DNA of 64,000 bases, from positions 14,234,644 through 14,298,643 of the forward strand of contig CM120643.1 in NCBI GenBank assembly GCA_051362555.1, read 5' to 3'. Below the pieces are notes generated by a model, which worked only from the letters and a program-made list of their open reading frames with translations, was not told where the DNA came from and did no database searches. Below are positions 62,501 through 64,000 of this stretch, piece by piece. Within the stretch, counting starts at the first letter, position 1. Every line of letters begins with the position of its first letter. This DNA comes from Lingula anatina. Lineage: Eukaryota > Animalia > Brachiopoda. The position numbers and the translations under genes are program-made.

Positions 62501-63310
62501 GTAAATGAACTTGTGTTCACTCAGTACCAAATTGTGGGAATTGTGATAGTTACCACTTCTCAAAATAACTAAATATGCTATTTATATTTTTTAATTATCT
62601 AACGACATGCTACTGATTACTCTTGAAGTGCTTCTAAGAATGTTGGTTAAAAAGCTTACCGCCATTCCGTTTTGCAGATACCCTATGTAAAATCCCCCAG
62701 TGATCACCAAGACAACAACAGCCACACCCAAGACGGCAACAGACACCTTCCAGCCCGTCTTGGATTGACCTTTGACCTCAGTTGGTCTGCAAGCCTGGAA
62801 ATTAAAATTTTATTATAACTTGTCGTCGATAAAACTCACGACTGCGCAAGAGTGCATTTTGGTTAAGAAAAGATTGAATTCGGACAGGCAGACGGTTTAT
62901 AGATTTAAAGCAACTAATATTATAATCAGCATCGTTTTTTATGTTTAATTTTGAATAAGGTTACTTCGGTTGGTTCAGTACCAATCTATAATTAATAGAG
63001 GCCGTGCAAAATACCTTATAATTCCTAATTTTACCGTTGTATTCTCAAGATATATTGGGATAAAGCTTAAAGGTATTTTCACAATGAATAAATAAAAAAA
63101 TGGTGTAAAATACGGAGTGGATTTTTTTTTTTTTTTTTTTTGATAAACATTAGTACAGCAAAGCGGCACTCTTAATGATGCTGTTGTGAAAAGGCATCTC
63201 TTTTCGGTTGCAGTTATAACGTGAAACTTTCCCGGAGGAAGCTTTAAAAAACTTACCGGCGGAAGTCCGACTTGGAAAGAATCGACGGTGGCGACTTTTT
63301 CTGTAGACAT
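59509..63310 (-). CDS. Type II transmembrane BRICHOS-domain proprotein with furin-released C-terminal peptide, 6 coding exons, ~228 aa
   Basis: Minus-strand exons: 63310-63257 (MSTEKVATVDSFQVGLPP), 62794-62660 (TM VSVAVLGVAVVVLVITGGFYIGYL), 62211-62071 (...FTAVNDFKK), 61714-61607 (GITVVHVPSAGACYVRVL...), 59945-59786 (...IGDASFLPAEIKSHCQGLPVY...), 59597-59509 (RQRR-AHRPRNVTVSVRVFGRHIFTVTISF*). All introns are GT-AG and in phase (687 nt). BRICHOS hallmarks DF..G.......CY and I...C.G.P.Y are present. Confidence 0.88.
60551..61260. mobile_element. Degenerate Harbinger-like element(s) in a BRICHOS gene intron
   Basis: tatctcgaaagcttcgcaaa (60553) is an imperfect inverted match to tttgctaaggcttcgggata (ends 61185). 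It is followed at once by cag-ggccccgtatctcaaaagc, which resembles the TIR of the 6755 family. Confidence 0.45.
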
Positions 63311-63679
63311 GCTGATAGATGACGAGCTAGGTTTCACCAACAATCCTGAAAATAAGTCTGTAATTTGATTAACTAGAGAATTTAAGCTTTGTTAAAAAAA
63401 ATACTGATTGCCAACGAAACGATGCACATTGAAGTGTGCAGTTTGCATACACATCATTTTCAAATTAATAGCGAATATAAAGCTTAGTGATATTTGCGCT
63501 TCGTACCACATATAATGTAACGAGTGCGCCTTTTCATCTAAACATTCCCTCAAAAATATGCATTGTTAAGTTAACAAAACATTAGAATTATTGAAATAAT
63601 TGATAAAATTCACCACATTAAATAAAAGTTTCCCTGACGAAAACCTTTCAGCTCAAAGTGTATAAAATCATGTACTTAC

Positions 63680-63780
63680 CTAAGACTGGCTTCGAAGTAA
63701 AGGGACTCTTCACAAACCCTTTGGTTGTAAAAATTTCATTGACGATACAGCCCTATGAGAAATTCGCTGCTTTTAAACAC
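63680..63780 (-). other. Probable 5' UTR exon of the BRICHOS gene
   Basis: Minus-strand donor ttag|gtaagtac at 63680/63679 and acceptor ttttcag upstream of the ATG-containing exon (exon starts 63345). The 5' end is approximate. Confidence 0.45.
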
Positions 63781-64000
63781 CTCTAAATGTCCTTGAAATA
63801 ATTCTGGCTTCTCTGTTATTGGTAAAAAAAAAAATTTCTTTTCCGCGTTGTTGTGCAATGCTACGTACCAGGCATATAATGCTTTGGGCAGCATTTCCCT
63901 TTTTTTGCATTGTCCGTGAGTGACGAGCCATTTAGGTGTCAGCTGAGGTGTTGACAGTGAATTAAGGTGTCGCCGTCTTCAGATAATTATGATGAACGAG

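Noticed and set aside
62975-63343. 122-aa minus ORF as a standalone gene
   Set aside because: Only MSTEK...GLPP (63310-63257) is exonic; the rest reads through a gtaagt donor into intron.
63710-63739. Upstream ATG (MKFLQPKGL*) as the BRICHOS gene start
   Set aside because: It stops after 9 codons, so it is at most a uORF in the 5' UTR exon.

Overview
This is eukaryotic, AT-rich, intron-containing animal DNA, probably from a non-vertebrate bilaterian; the ORF track only catches exon fragments. I assembled four genes by hand from GT-AG boundaries and reading phase. (1) A secreted protein on +, 2214-12842: signal peptide, four WSC domains and a complete TRAP/ACP5-type purple acid phosphatase (13 exons, ~713 aa). 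(2) An intronless 129-aa membrane-protein ORF nested antisense in that gene's first coding intron (3675-4064). (3) A giant type-III, DN-cadherin-like classical cadherin on +, 14951-56462 (35 exons, ~3008 aa, 18.4-kb first intron). (4) A type II membrane BRICHOS precursor on -, 63310-59509 (6 coding exons, ~228 aa), ending in a furin site (RQRR) and a cysteine-free cationic beta-hairpin-like peptide, AHRPRNVTVSVRVFGRHIFTVTISF. Introns carry several PIF/Harbinger-like MITEs, microsatellites and small tandem duplications. The top leads are the BRICHOS-released peptide, the WSCx4-phosphatase fusion, the nested gene and a candidate regulated 18-nt cadherin microexon. All models are manual and lack transcript support.
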